DNA of 64,000 bases. Origin: Squalus acanthias. Its lineage: Eukaryota. Below, one piece after another: positions 50,338 through 61,500 of the stretch (the first letter of the stretch is position 1; every line of letters starts with the position of its first letter). The notes under the pieces were generated by a model, which saw nothing but the letters and a program-made list of their open reading frames with translations, did not search any database and had not been told where the DNA came from. Location of the stretch: the NCBI GenBank assembly GCA_030390025.1, contig CM059432.1, positions 87,360,001-87,424,000 on the forward strand, in the 5' to 3' direction. A program made the translations under genes and the position numbers.

Positions 50338-50539
50338 AACCCCAGATCCCCATTGCTCAGCACTTCCCCATCTTACTATCCCTCTGTCATGGAACATCAC
50401 AGCGTCCTCCTGGGGATAAAACTGAACCACAATAGACACATTCCAAACATAATTTATAAATTTGATCAAATTCAAATCAAAAGAACAAAGTCAACTAATC
50501 ACCGTTGTGCATTCTCTTAGTGTCTGTCTTTCGTGTGCC

Positions 50540-52370
50540 TTTTCCTACTCTAGTGCTGTTACAAAGTGCTTCCCCAGTGGCTGCACCATGTCTGGTGGAA
50601 GGCTGACTTTACGTGTGGGAGACTACAGATGGCCTTGCAAGATGACCTGGAGCAGCTCTGAACCTAGAAGGCCTGGTTGTAGACTGTACCACCTTGGCAT
50701 AGGCAGCAGCAGTCTGGACTGGCTGGATGACAGGCAGCAACAAGGGCACTGGTGGAGTGGCAGTGGTGGGAGGAGGAATGCTGTCATCCTGAGAGAGTAC
50801 AGCAGGTTTTTGCACCACGGAGCCACTGCCACTCCCCTGGGTCGGCGCCTCAGCATCCCTAGCCATCTGTTGGAGGACAGATTGCTGAATGCTGTGACAA
50901 CCTGCAAGCCCCTTTCGACACTCGGAAACCCAGCGACGATGGCAGCAGTCTGAACTTGAGTGGCAGCAAGCTAGACTGCAGGAGAGCAGTCTGCGCTTCC
51001 ACTGCAGCACTGAGACGTTGGGTTGCTTTCGCCTGTGCTACAATGGAAGCTGCGAGATCGCCCATTACACCCAGCATCATCTTTGGGTCCACAAGATCTC
51101 ATGGAGTTGCCCATCATTTCCACCCTGGAAATCATGGGCTCCAAGCTCTGTGCAAAATCCCATGCAATGTTGGAGCCGTTCTCCTCCATGCTCTTTGACA
51201 TTGACAAGAGGCTCTTTGGCAGGCTTGCCATTGTACCTAGCATTTCTGTGTTTATGCCCATCACCCTTCTTTTGAAGGCCGCCCCATTGAGGTCATCATC
51301 TGAGTCGTGTGGAGCAGAACATGTGCGCCAACACGCCCTCTGGGGAGCTGGCACCCGAGCTACCCTTTCCCCCTGGCCTGGCTGCAGCCCACTCGTGCCC
51401 GATGACTCACCATCTGCAATTTCCGCTTCTATACTACCCTCTAAAGTACATGTAGTGCCATTTTCTGAGCTGGCGTCTGCGAGTGTCAGAAGCAGTAGTG
51501 TCTTCTCCTCCATCACTCTCCTCCACAACTTCAGGGACAGGATGGCTAGGTTGCAGTTGTGTATCTGAAAGCAGAAAGGCACAAGGGTGTTGTGGTGAGG
51601 GGAGGGGGTAAAGCAAGATATCCATGCATACACTATCAGCAGATTGTAAGTGAGAAGAGATTGGGGGATGAGGTGGAAGTGGGATGTGAGAAGAAGGATT
51701 AGGTATGAGCATACCATCATCATTAGCAATGCTTTCCCCTTCTCCGTTCGCCACGGACTCTCACAGTCCGTCCAATAATGTCCAGCACTGCTTCCTCCAG
51801 GTCCATCAGGTTGTCAAGTCTTGCTTGGCCGCCTCCCGTCTGCTGCTGCTCTCTCCCGTTCTGTGCCACCTTGGCCTACAAGAGAAAGGGAAGTGTGTCA
51901 GTGAGTGTGGTACAATGTGTTTGGGTGATGGTTGAATAGCTGGCAGTGTGTGCAAGGTGTGAGTGTTGCAGCAGTGGTAAGTGTGTGAGGGTGAAGTGAA
52001 GCTATGATTGTGAGGATAACTAGAAATTGTTGGTAGGCGAGTGATGGGGGTGTGGTGCAGTGTGTGAGGCTTACGGTGCAGATGGTGGGATATGGCATTT
52101 GCTGGCGCATTCACTCACCTTGACCAACCATGTGAGGTTATTAAACTTTTTGCAGCACTGGATCCAGGTCCTGGGGACAACATTCGTCGCAGTGTCGGAT
52201 TGAGCAATCTCCTCCCAGATTCTTCTTGTGGTCAAACTATGAAGGCCTCTTGCCTCCCTGCGGGTAAAGGACGTCCCGGCATCGTTGGACCCCCAGGACC
52301 AAGGCCTCCAGTGCCGCATCAGAAAATAGTTTCGCCCTTTCTCTCAGTTGTTGGACCATGGCTTTCTTTC
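50540..52370 (-). pseudogene. Harbinger Myb/SANT-like DNA-binding gene with introns
   Basis: FSDAALEAL..WEEIAQ..RTWIQCCKKFNNL; donor AAG|gtgagt at 52118; acceptor tgtag|GCC at 51875 (QQTGGG); further acceptor tttcag near 51565. Confidence 0.75.
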
Positions 52371-52959
52371 ACCTGACAATGAGGTGCTTCTGCAACGAAG
52401 CATTTTCCCTGTAAGTAGTGGAGAGAGCCTTTGGCCAGTAGACATTGGCCGATATTGCCCCCCCCCCACCCTGTTGAGTGCTAAGCCAATCAGCAGCGCG
52501 TTTAGCGGTGAGATCAGTGCTGTAATCATGTAAATGAGCAGGCAGCATGAATTTTACGAGCTGCCTGCACCACTTAGAACGGGCGCAGGCAAATAGCACT
52601 GGGCAAAGACCCCACCCATTTTTGGACCTTATCCAATTTCTAGGCCCTAGTCTTTTGAAAGTATGGAAGTAACTCTATATGGTATGAAGTTAATATGGAG
52701 GCTTTCACTTCCCACATTTGTGCAGTCATCTTTGGGCAATTGGCAGAAATGTAGTGCACCCTGGAGTGCATGGCTCCTCCAGGGCACTCTCCAGAGGAAT
52801 CCCATTACCCGAGGTCCTAGCACAGCTATGGGATCTCTCAAGACTGCCATAACTGATGTCATGGAAACCAGGGCTCTGAATGCTGAGCTCATTCTCTGAG
52901 GAATACTTCATTCTAGGAGATCATCTGGACCAGATCTTAACCCACGCCTTCCTTAGGCT

Positions 52960-53600
52960 TTTGTATTTGTTCTCAGGATGTGGACAACGGAGGCAAGGCC
53001 TTATTTGTTGCTCTTATTGTCGTGTAGATGCCAGTATTGTAGCTGTACTAGAACAGCTTAGCTAGGGGTGAGGCTAGTTCTGGAGCACAGGTCTTCAGCA
53101 CAACAGTCGGGATATTGTGGGGCTGATAGACTTCGCTGTGTCCAGTGCACTCAGCGTTTGTCACATGGAGTGAATCGAATTGATGGAAGACTGGAATCTG
53201 TAATGGCAGGGACTTCAGTAGAAGGCCGAGAAGGATCATCCACTCAGCACTTCTGGATGAAGATGGTTGCAAATGCTTCAACCTTGTCTTTTGCACTCTC
53301 GTGATGGGGATGTTCATGGGGCCTCCTCCTCTCATCAGTTGGTTAATTGTGCACCACCATTCATAACTGGGTGAAGCAGGGTTGTAGAGCTTTGACCTGG
53401 TCTGTTGGTTGTGGAGTTGCTTAGCTTTGTCTATAGCATGCTGCTTTTGCTGTTTAGCAAGCATGTAATCCTGTGTTGTAGCTTCACTAGGTTGGCACCT
53501 CATTTTCAGGTATGCCTGGTGCTACCTCCAAGTGATGTTCGACATGGAGTAATACTGATTCATCAGCTGAAGGAGGGCGGTAGATGGTAATAAGCAGGAG
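52960..53600 (-). mobile_element. Internally deleted fragment of the 20035-23140 LINE family
   Basis: RCQPSEATTQDYMLAKQ..LKTCAPELASPLAKLF joined to a 3' tail remnant. Confidence 0.75.
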
Positions 53601-53779
53601 GCTAATTAATAGCTCATAATGTTGATGGGGAAGATTTTCCTGACTTCTGTCCGTGAGGAAATTCTTGTCCCTGGTTACAAAGGTCAGAATTTTCTGGGGC
53701 TTTCTTCCCCCCAGGGAATGGCTGGGCCCCCAGATTCAGGCACAGCTTGGCCTAGACAGATGGAGTGCAGTTCGGGCAT

Positions 53780-56700
53780 AACAACAGAAAACGCTGGAAA
53801 AACTCAGCAGGCCAGGCAACATCCGTGGAGAGAGAAACAGAGTTAACGTTTCAGGTCGAAACCCTTCGTCGGAACTGAGAGAAGAGCAGGAAATTAAACA
53901 GATAAAAATGCAAGGGGGAGGCTGGGGGGAGGAATAAAAGAACAAAAGGGGTGGTCTATGGTAAGTAGAGACATTAAGAGATGCTCAAGGCAAGACGAGA
54001 TGGTAATGGGACAGGTTAAGAAACAAAAGGTGAGGTGTGAAATGCTGGCAGAATGAGAGACAGCTGCCGTAGGGGGAGAGAGAGAAAAAAAGGAAAAAGG
54101 CACGGACCAAAAGGGTGGATAAAATGTATATATATGTGGTAGGGGTCGGGGTTATGATCTGAAATTGTTGAACTCGATATTGAGTCCGGAAGGCTGTAAA
54201 GTGCCTAAACGAAAGATGAGGTGCTGTTCCTCGAGCTTACGCTGAGCTTCCGTGGAACAATGCACGAGGCCGAGGACGGTGAGGTCTGAGTGGGCGTGGA
54301 GAGGTGAATTAAAATGACAGGCGACCGGAAGCTCGGGGTCACCCTTACGGACTGAACGGAGGTGTTCCGCAAAGCGGTCACCCAATCTGCGTTTGGTCTC
54401 CCCAATGTAGAGGAGACCACATCGTGAGCAGCGAATACAGTATACTAGATTGCAAGAAGTACAAGTAAATCGCTGTTTCACCTGGAAGGGGTGTTTGGGG
54501 CCCTGGAGAGTGGGAAGGGGGGATGTATAAGGGCAGGTGTTGCATCTCCTGCGCTTGCACGGGAAGGTGCCGGGTGAAGGGGAAGGGGTGCTGGGGGTGA
54601 TAGAGGAGTGGACTAGGGTGTCTCGGAGGGAGTGGTCCCTACGGAATGCTGAAAGGGGAGGTGAGGGGAAGATACGTTTGGTGGTGGGGTCACGTTGGAG
54701 GTGGTGGAAATGGCGGAGGATGATCCGTTGAATGTGGAGGCTGGTGGGGTGAAAGGTGAGGACAAGGGGAACTCTATCGTGGTTCCGGGAGGGAGGGGTC
54801 GGGGTGAGGGCAGAAGTGCGGGAGATGGAACGGACACGGTCGAGGGCCATGTCGACCACGGAAGAGGGGAATCCTCAGTTGAGGAAAAAGGAAGACATGT
54901 CGGAAGCACTGGTATGGAAGGTGGCATCGTCGGAGCAGATGCGGCGGAGACGGAGAAACTGGGAGAAAGGAATAGAGTCCTTACAGGAGGCGGGGTGGGA
55001 GGAAGTGTAGTCCAGGTAGCTGTGGGAGTCAGTGGGCTTGTAGTGAATGTTGGTCAATAACCTATCCCCAAAGATGGAGATGGAGAAGTCAAGGAAGGGG
55101 AGGGAAGAATTGGAGATGGACCATGTGAAGGTGAGGGAAGGGTGGAAATTGGAGGCAAAGTGAATGAAATTGTCTAGTTCAGGGCGAGAGCAGGAAACGG
55201 CACCGATACAGTCGTCAATGTACCGGAAAAAGAGGTGAGGGAGGGGACCCGAGTAGGACTGGAACAAAGAGTGTTCCACATATCCCATGAAAAGGCAGGC
55301 ATAGCTAGGACCCATGCGGGTACCCATAGCAACACCTTTGATTTGGAGGAAATGAGTGGAGTCAAAGGAGAAGTTGTTCAATGTGAGAACAAGTTCATGA
55401 TGCGGAGATGCCGGTGTTGGACTGGGGTGGACAAAATTGAGAGGTCGCACAACACCAGGTTATAGTCCAACAGTTTTATTTGAAATCACAAGCTTTCGGA
55501 GCTATCGATTGCTCCTTCCTCAGGTGAAGTAAATTAGATACAGAATCGCCAAAGCATATATAGATAGAGAACAAAGCATGTGTACCTTACAATTGCAGAC
55601 CACTATTCAACTATTGAACAAGTTCAGCCAGGCGGAGGAGGGTGGTGGTGGATGGGGACTGGTTGGGCCTCTGTTCAAGGAAGAAGCGGAGCGCCCTCAG
55701 GCCATCCTGGTGGGGGATGGAGGTGCAGAGGGATTGTACGTCCATAGTGAAAAGGAGGCGGTTGGGGCCAGGAAACTGGAAACTGTTAAAGTGGCGGAGG
55801 GCATCGGAAGAGTCGCGGATGTAGGTGGGAAGGGACTGGACAAGGGGAGAAAAAATAGAGTCGAGATAGGAAGAGGTAAGTTCCGTGGGGCAAGAGCAGG
55901 CTGAAACGATGGGTCTACCAGGGCAGTCCTGTTTGTGGATCTTGGGAAGGAGGTAGAAGCGGGCTGTGCGGGGTTGGGGAACTATGAGGTTGGCGGCCGT
56001 GGGGGGAAGATCTCCAGAGGAGATGAGGTCAGTGACAGTCTTGGACACGGTGGCTTGATGTTCGGTAGTGGGGTCATGGTCCAGGTGGAGGTAGGAGGAG
56101 GTGTCGGAGAGTTGGCGTTCAACTTCCGCTAGGTAGAGGTCGGTTCGCCAAACAACAACAGCACCACCCTTGTCAGCAGGTTTAATGACAATGTCGGGGT
56201 TGGATCGGAGAGAATGGAGTGCTGCAAGTTCAGAGGGAGGTAGGTTGGAGTGAGTGAGGGGAGCAGAGAAATTGAGATGGCCGATGTCACGGCAGCAGTT
56301 AGCAATGAAAAGATCTAGAGAGGGTAAGAGGCCAGAGGGAGGGGTCCAGGTGGAACGGGAATTCTGAAAGCGGGAGAAAGGGTCAGCCGTGCAGGGGGAA
56401 GACTCCTGGCCAGAGAAGTGGGCACGGAGACGGAGGCGGCGGAAAAAGAGCTCAGCATCGTGCCGAGCTCGAAATTCATTGAGGTGGGGGCGTAAGGGGA
56501 TGAAGCTCAGGCCTTTGCTGAGGACTGATCGTTCGGAGTCAGAGAGGGGAAGGTCAGAGGGGATAGTGAAAATGCGGCAGGGGGTGAGATTGGGAGAAGG
56601 GGGGTCAGAGGAAAGTGAAGGGGAAGAAGGTTCCGGAGGGGTGTTAGTGTCCAAGAGTTGTTGAAGCTTGCGATCCTTGACATCGGAAAGGAAGAAGAAA

Positions 56701-56848
56701 AGTTTTTTGTTGAAGCGTCGGATGAGTCTAAGGATGAAATGGAACTGTGGACCCGGACAGCTTTGAGATAGAGTGCGTCGGTGCTGCTGAAGAGAGATGT
56801 CGAGAGTGTTCATGTGGCGCCGCATGGCGTTGAGCGTGGATCTCAAGA
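53780..56848 (-). mobile_element. Penelope-like retroelement (RT plus GIY-YIG), 5'-truncated
   Basis: KPADKGG, LPKIHK..RPIV, GVAMGT..FFRYIDD, VYCIRC..YIGET; 14-bp TSD TGCAGTTCGGGCAT (53766-53779, 56849-56862). Confidence 0.95.
55398..55615 (-). mobile_element. 218-bp hammerhead-bearing Penelope-type terminal fragment nested in the Penelope RT
   Basis: 11-bp TSD GAACAAGTTCA (55387-55397, 55616-55626); removal restores LAELVLTLNNF. Confidence 0.88.
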
Positions 56849-57239
56849 TGCAGTTCGGGCATGCTGTGCCCATTCAGCCACCAGGCAAGGGCTGGGTGCA
56901 GGAAAATCATCTCTGACAAATTTAAGAATTAATGGAAGGAAAATCCAGTTTGTTCTGTAAGAGACATGCAATACTCCCCATTAGATTTTCATTTTTACTT
57001 TCTGCCTAGGCGATGCTCGACACTCAGGTGGTAAAGATGAAAATCTGCCCCAATTTCTTTTTCTCCAGATCTAAATGTTCCCATTATTGTGAAAATGTTG
57101 CCACTAGATGTCAGTATTTTACTAATACTGACTCTTTAAAGGACTGACATATGCAAGAAGTAGGAAATCTGCAAGAGGAGGGATTGCTTGCTATAAAAAT
57201 CAAAGATTGAATTGATGTCGTGAATGCAATGATTTTAAT

Positions 57240-57610
57240 ACTATGACCTCTGGTTATTGACCCACTCGCCAGAGGGAACAGCCTTTATCTACTCTATGAA
57301 AACCCCTCATCATCTTGACAACCTCTATTGAGTCACCTTCTCTGTTCCAAGGAGAACAGTCTTAACTTTTCCAACTTCTCCTCATAACTGAAGTCCTCAT
57401 CCCTGGTAACATCCTGGTAAATCTCCTCTATAGCCTTTCTAAGGCCTTTATATCTTTCCTGAAGTGTGGTGCCCAGAATTGTCCACAATACTCCAGCTGA
57501 GGCCTAACCAGTGATTTATAAAGTTCCAGCATGACCGCTTTGCTTTTATATTCTATGCCTCTATTTATAAACCCAAGTAACCAATATGCTTTTTAACCAC
57601 CTTATCAACA
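57240..57610 (-). mobile_element. CR1 fragment
   Basis: Similar to 61790-62170. Confidence 0.75.
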
Positions 57611-58029
57611 ATTAAAAAACAAAAGTAGATTTATGCGCCATTGTCCTTAGGCTGATAGCATTGTAACAAGACCTTGATGGAATGTTATCAGTATTGCATT
57701 CCATTGTAGTGAGAAAAGAGGGAGCAATAAAATACTGGAAGTGTGCTTTTGGTAAAACTAATTAAAAATCTGGCAATTATAGTTTCTGAAACTTGTCTGA
57801 TTAGTTAAATGAAATTCTGAAAGTGAGCCACATAGCTGAATAGGTCAGTATAATTGGCCAGGTCACCTGAAGTGGGATTTTGTGTCGTAATTTAAGGCCA
57901 GAAATTGTTCACCAACATTCAGAAGTTTTTGAGGGTGATTAGAAAGCTTAAGAATGTTTTTCAAAAGGTGAGAAAATGTTGAAGAATATAAAATTTTATG
58001 GTATAGAAGAATTAAGAGTCTTGTTAGAA

Positions 58030-59330
58030 AAATTCAAGTGTATGATACAAGAGGAAATATAACAGAATGGATGGATAGTTGGTTGATAGACAGGAAAGAA
58101 AGAGCTAGGATGAATGGATGTTGATTGGATTGAAGAAGGGTTGGAAGTGGTGTAACCCAGGGGTCAGTACTAGGCCCACTTTTGTTTTCAGTGAATATAA
58201 ATGATTTGGATTTGGAATAGGGAGCACAATATTGGCCCGGAATTTGCGGTCAGGATGACGGCAAACTGGCAGCGTTCTCCGTCATTCCGCCTTTGAAACT
58301 GACCGCAACTTTGGGATTTGGCGCATGCACAGGCGCATGCGGAAATCCCAAAGTTGCGGTCTGTCATTCACAGCTCCGACACAGGCTGCTCGAGATCTTG
58401 TGCCAAGCGTACTGTGGGGCCAGTGGCGAATGCCTTCACTTATCCGCTGATTGCAAATTCCGGGCCAATATAATTTGCTGATGACACAAAAGTGAAAGAT
58501 TTTGTAAATAGCGTGGAGGACTGTAAAATACGTCAGGAAAACAGACATGTTAGTGGAATGAGCAGACAAGTAGCAGATGGAATTTAATGTGGATAAGTGT
58601 GCAATAAAATATTTTGAGAACTGCAAGAAATGGGAGTATACACTCAATGGAAGGACGATGAAGGATGTGGAAGAACAAAGGGACTGAGGGATTCAAATAC
58701 ATTTGTATAAAAAAATAGCTGAGGATAACTAAACCAGTATTAGGAGTACTAAAAAGGCATTAGAAAAAGGGATTGTGGAAAATGTAGCTGTGATGGCAAG
58801 GCTTTTTTAAATTATGTTAGAAATCAGGAAATAATAAAAGACTATGTTGCATCTTTGAGAGATTTGTCAGGGCACGTTAGGTGGAAAAAATAAATATATG
58901 GCTTTTGAACCAAATAGATATTTTCATTGCCTTTACTTCTGAAGATAACACTACAGTCCCAGTTGTACAGGGTGGGAATGCAGCTAAAATTGCTCCAATT
59001 GAAGTTACAGCAGAAATGGTATTAGCTAAGATTAAGGTACTTAAAGCTCATGATGCCACAGGGCCCAATTCCAATTACGTCAGAGTGCTAAAGGAAATGG
59101 GAGATACAGTATGTGAGTCATTGGCTGATGTTTTCATTAGCTCATTGAAGTCTGGGCTGCTGCCAATAGATTGGAGGAAGGCTAATATAATCCCATCATT
59201 TAAGAAGGGGAAGAAATTGGACCCTGTTAATTATAGGCCTGTGTGTTTGATATTGATAGCATGGAAACTGTTGGAAAGCATATAGGGTGTTATTTATGAT
59301 CACTAGAAAATTTGGGAGTTATTAGGGATA
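58030..59330 (+). mobile_element. Old rearranged CR1 fragments
   Basis: GVTQGSVLGP..FADDTK (58150-58490); DWRKANIIP..NYRPVCL (58881-59285). Confidence 0.7.
58234..58466. mobile_element. 233-bp MITE inside the CR1; related truncated copy at about 29955-30300
   Basis: Perfect 14-bp TIR GGCCCGGAATTTGC. Confidence 0.8.
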
Positions 59331-59834
59331 TCCTAGGGCCATACTGAACTCAGTGGGGATCAGGGCACAAACTCTCCAGTGGCTAGAGTCATACCTGGTA
59401 CAAGGGAAGATGGTTGTGGTTGTTGGAGGCCAATCATCTCAGCCCAACGACATTGCTACGAAATTTCCTATGGGCAGTTTCCATCACACTCCTGACTTGT
59501 GCCTTGTAGATGGTGAAAAGGCTTTGGGAGTCAGGTGTGAGACACTCGCCGCAGAATACCCAGCCTCTGACCTGCCCTTGCAGCCACAGCATTTATGTGA
59601 CTGGTTCAGTTAAGTTTCTGGTCAATGGTGACCCCCAGGATGTTGATGGTGGGGGATTTGATGATGATAATGATATTGAATGTCAAGGGGAATGATACCT
59701 AGTCCAAGACTTCTTAATTATGTAGATAGGCTCCAAGAATCAGCTATTTACTTCTGATAAATGCAGATTTAGAGGGGATATTATTGATGATTTTAAAATG
59801 ATGAAGAAATTGGGCTCAGTTGGACAGGTTTTTT

Positions 59835-61500
59835 AAATTCATTCATGGGATGTGGGCGTCGCTGGCAAGGCCAGCATTTATTGCTTATCCCTAATTGCCC
59901 TAGAGAAGATAGTGATGAAGGAACGGCGATACATTTCCAAGTCAGGATGGTGTGTGACTTGGAGGGGCACTTGTAGGTGTTCCCATGCACCTGCTGCCCT
60001 TGTCCTTCTAGGTGGTATAGGTCACGGGTTTGGGAGGTGCTGTCGAAGAAGCCTTGGTAAGTTGCTGCAGTGCATCTTGTAGATGGTACACACTGCAGAC
60101 ATGGTGCACTGGTGGTGGAGGGAGTGAATGTTTAAGGTGGTGGATGGGGTGCCAATCAAGTGGGCTGCTTTGTCCTGGATGGCGTCGAGCTTCTTGAGTG
60201 TTTTTGGAGCTGCACTCATCCAGGCAAGTGGAGAGTATTCCATCACACACCTTACTTGTGCCTTGTAGATGGTGTAAAGGCTTTGGGGAGTCAGGAGGTG
60301 AGACACTCGCCGCAGAATACCTAGCCTCTGACCTGCTTTTGTTGCCACAGCATTTATGTGGCTGGTCCAGTTATGTTTCTGGTCAATGGTGACCCCCAGG
60401 AATTTGATGGTGGGGGATTCGACGATGGTAATGCCATTAAATGTCATGGGGAGGTGGTTAGACTTTCTCTTGTTGAAGATGCTCATTGTCTGGCACTTGT
60501 GTGACGCGAACATTAGTTGCCACTTATTAGCCCAAGCTTGAATGTTGTCCAGGCCTTGCTACATGTGGTCATGCACTGATTCATTATCTGAGGAGTTGTG
60601 AATGGCACTGAACACTGTGCCGTCATCAGCAAACATCCCCACTTCTGACCTTATGATGGAGGGAAGGCCATTGATGAAGCCGCTGAAGATGGTTGGGCCA
60701 AGGGCACTGCCCTGAGGAACATCTGGAGCGATGTCCTGGGGCTGAGAAATTGACCTCCAACAACCACAACCTTCTTCTTTTGTGCTAGGTATGACTCCAG
60801 CCGGTGGATAGTTTTCCCTCTGATTCCCATTGACTTCAGTTTTACTAGGGCTCCTTGATGCCACACTTGGTCCAATGCTGCCTTGTTGTCAAGGGCAGTC
60901 AGTTTCACCTCACCCCTGGATTTCAGCTCTTTTGTCCATGTTTGGACCAAGGCTGTCATGAGGCCTGGAGCCGAGTGGTCCTGGCGGAACCCAAATTGGG
61001 CATCAGTGAGCAGGTTATTGGTGAGTAAGTACCACTTGATAGCATTGTCGACGACACCTTCCATCACTTTGCTGATGATTGAGAGTAGACTGATGGGGCG
61101 GTAATTGGCCAGATTGGATTTGTTCTGCCTTTTGTGGACAGGACATACCTGCGCAGTTTTCCACGGTGTCGGATAGATGCCAGTGTTGTAGCTGTACTGG
61201 AACAGCTTGGTTAGAAGCGCGGCTAGTTCTGGAGCACAAGTCTTCAGCACAACAGCCGGGATGTTGTCAGGTCCCATAGCCTTTGCTGTATCCAGTGCAC
61301 TCAGCTGTTTCTTGGTATCATGTGGAGTGAATTAAATTGGCTGAAGACTGGCTTCTGTGATGGTGGGGTCCTCAGGAGGAGGCCGATATGGATCATCCGC
61401 TATGTCTTTCAGAACTCGGCCAGCCTTGGTGCTACCGAGATACTCTTGGTGATGGACATTGAAGTCTCCCACCCGGAGTACATTCTGTGCCCTCAGTGCT
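59835..61500 (-). mobile_element. CR1-group LINE (20035-23140 family), RT plus 3' tail
   Basis: GPDNIPAVVLKTCAPELA..NYRPISLL..VPQGSALGP..MFADD; tail CCCATGAATGAAT. Confidence 0.9.

Larger units (their letters stand above)
46414..52646. mobile_element. PIF/Harbinger element with convergent transposase (+) and Myb/SANT-like gene (-), interrupted by LINEs
   Basis: TIR GGCCGTGAAATTCG / GGCCTAGAAATTGG (11/14); 3-bp TSD CTA; both expected genes inside. Confidence 0.85.
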
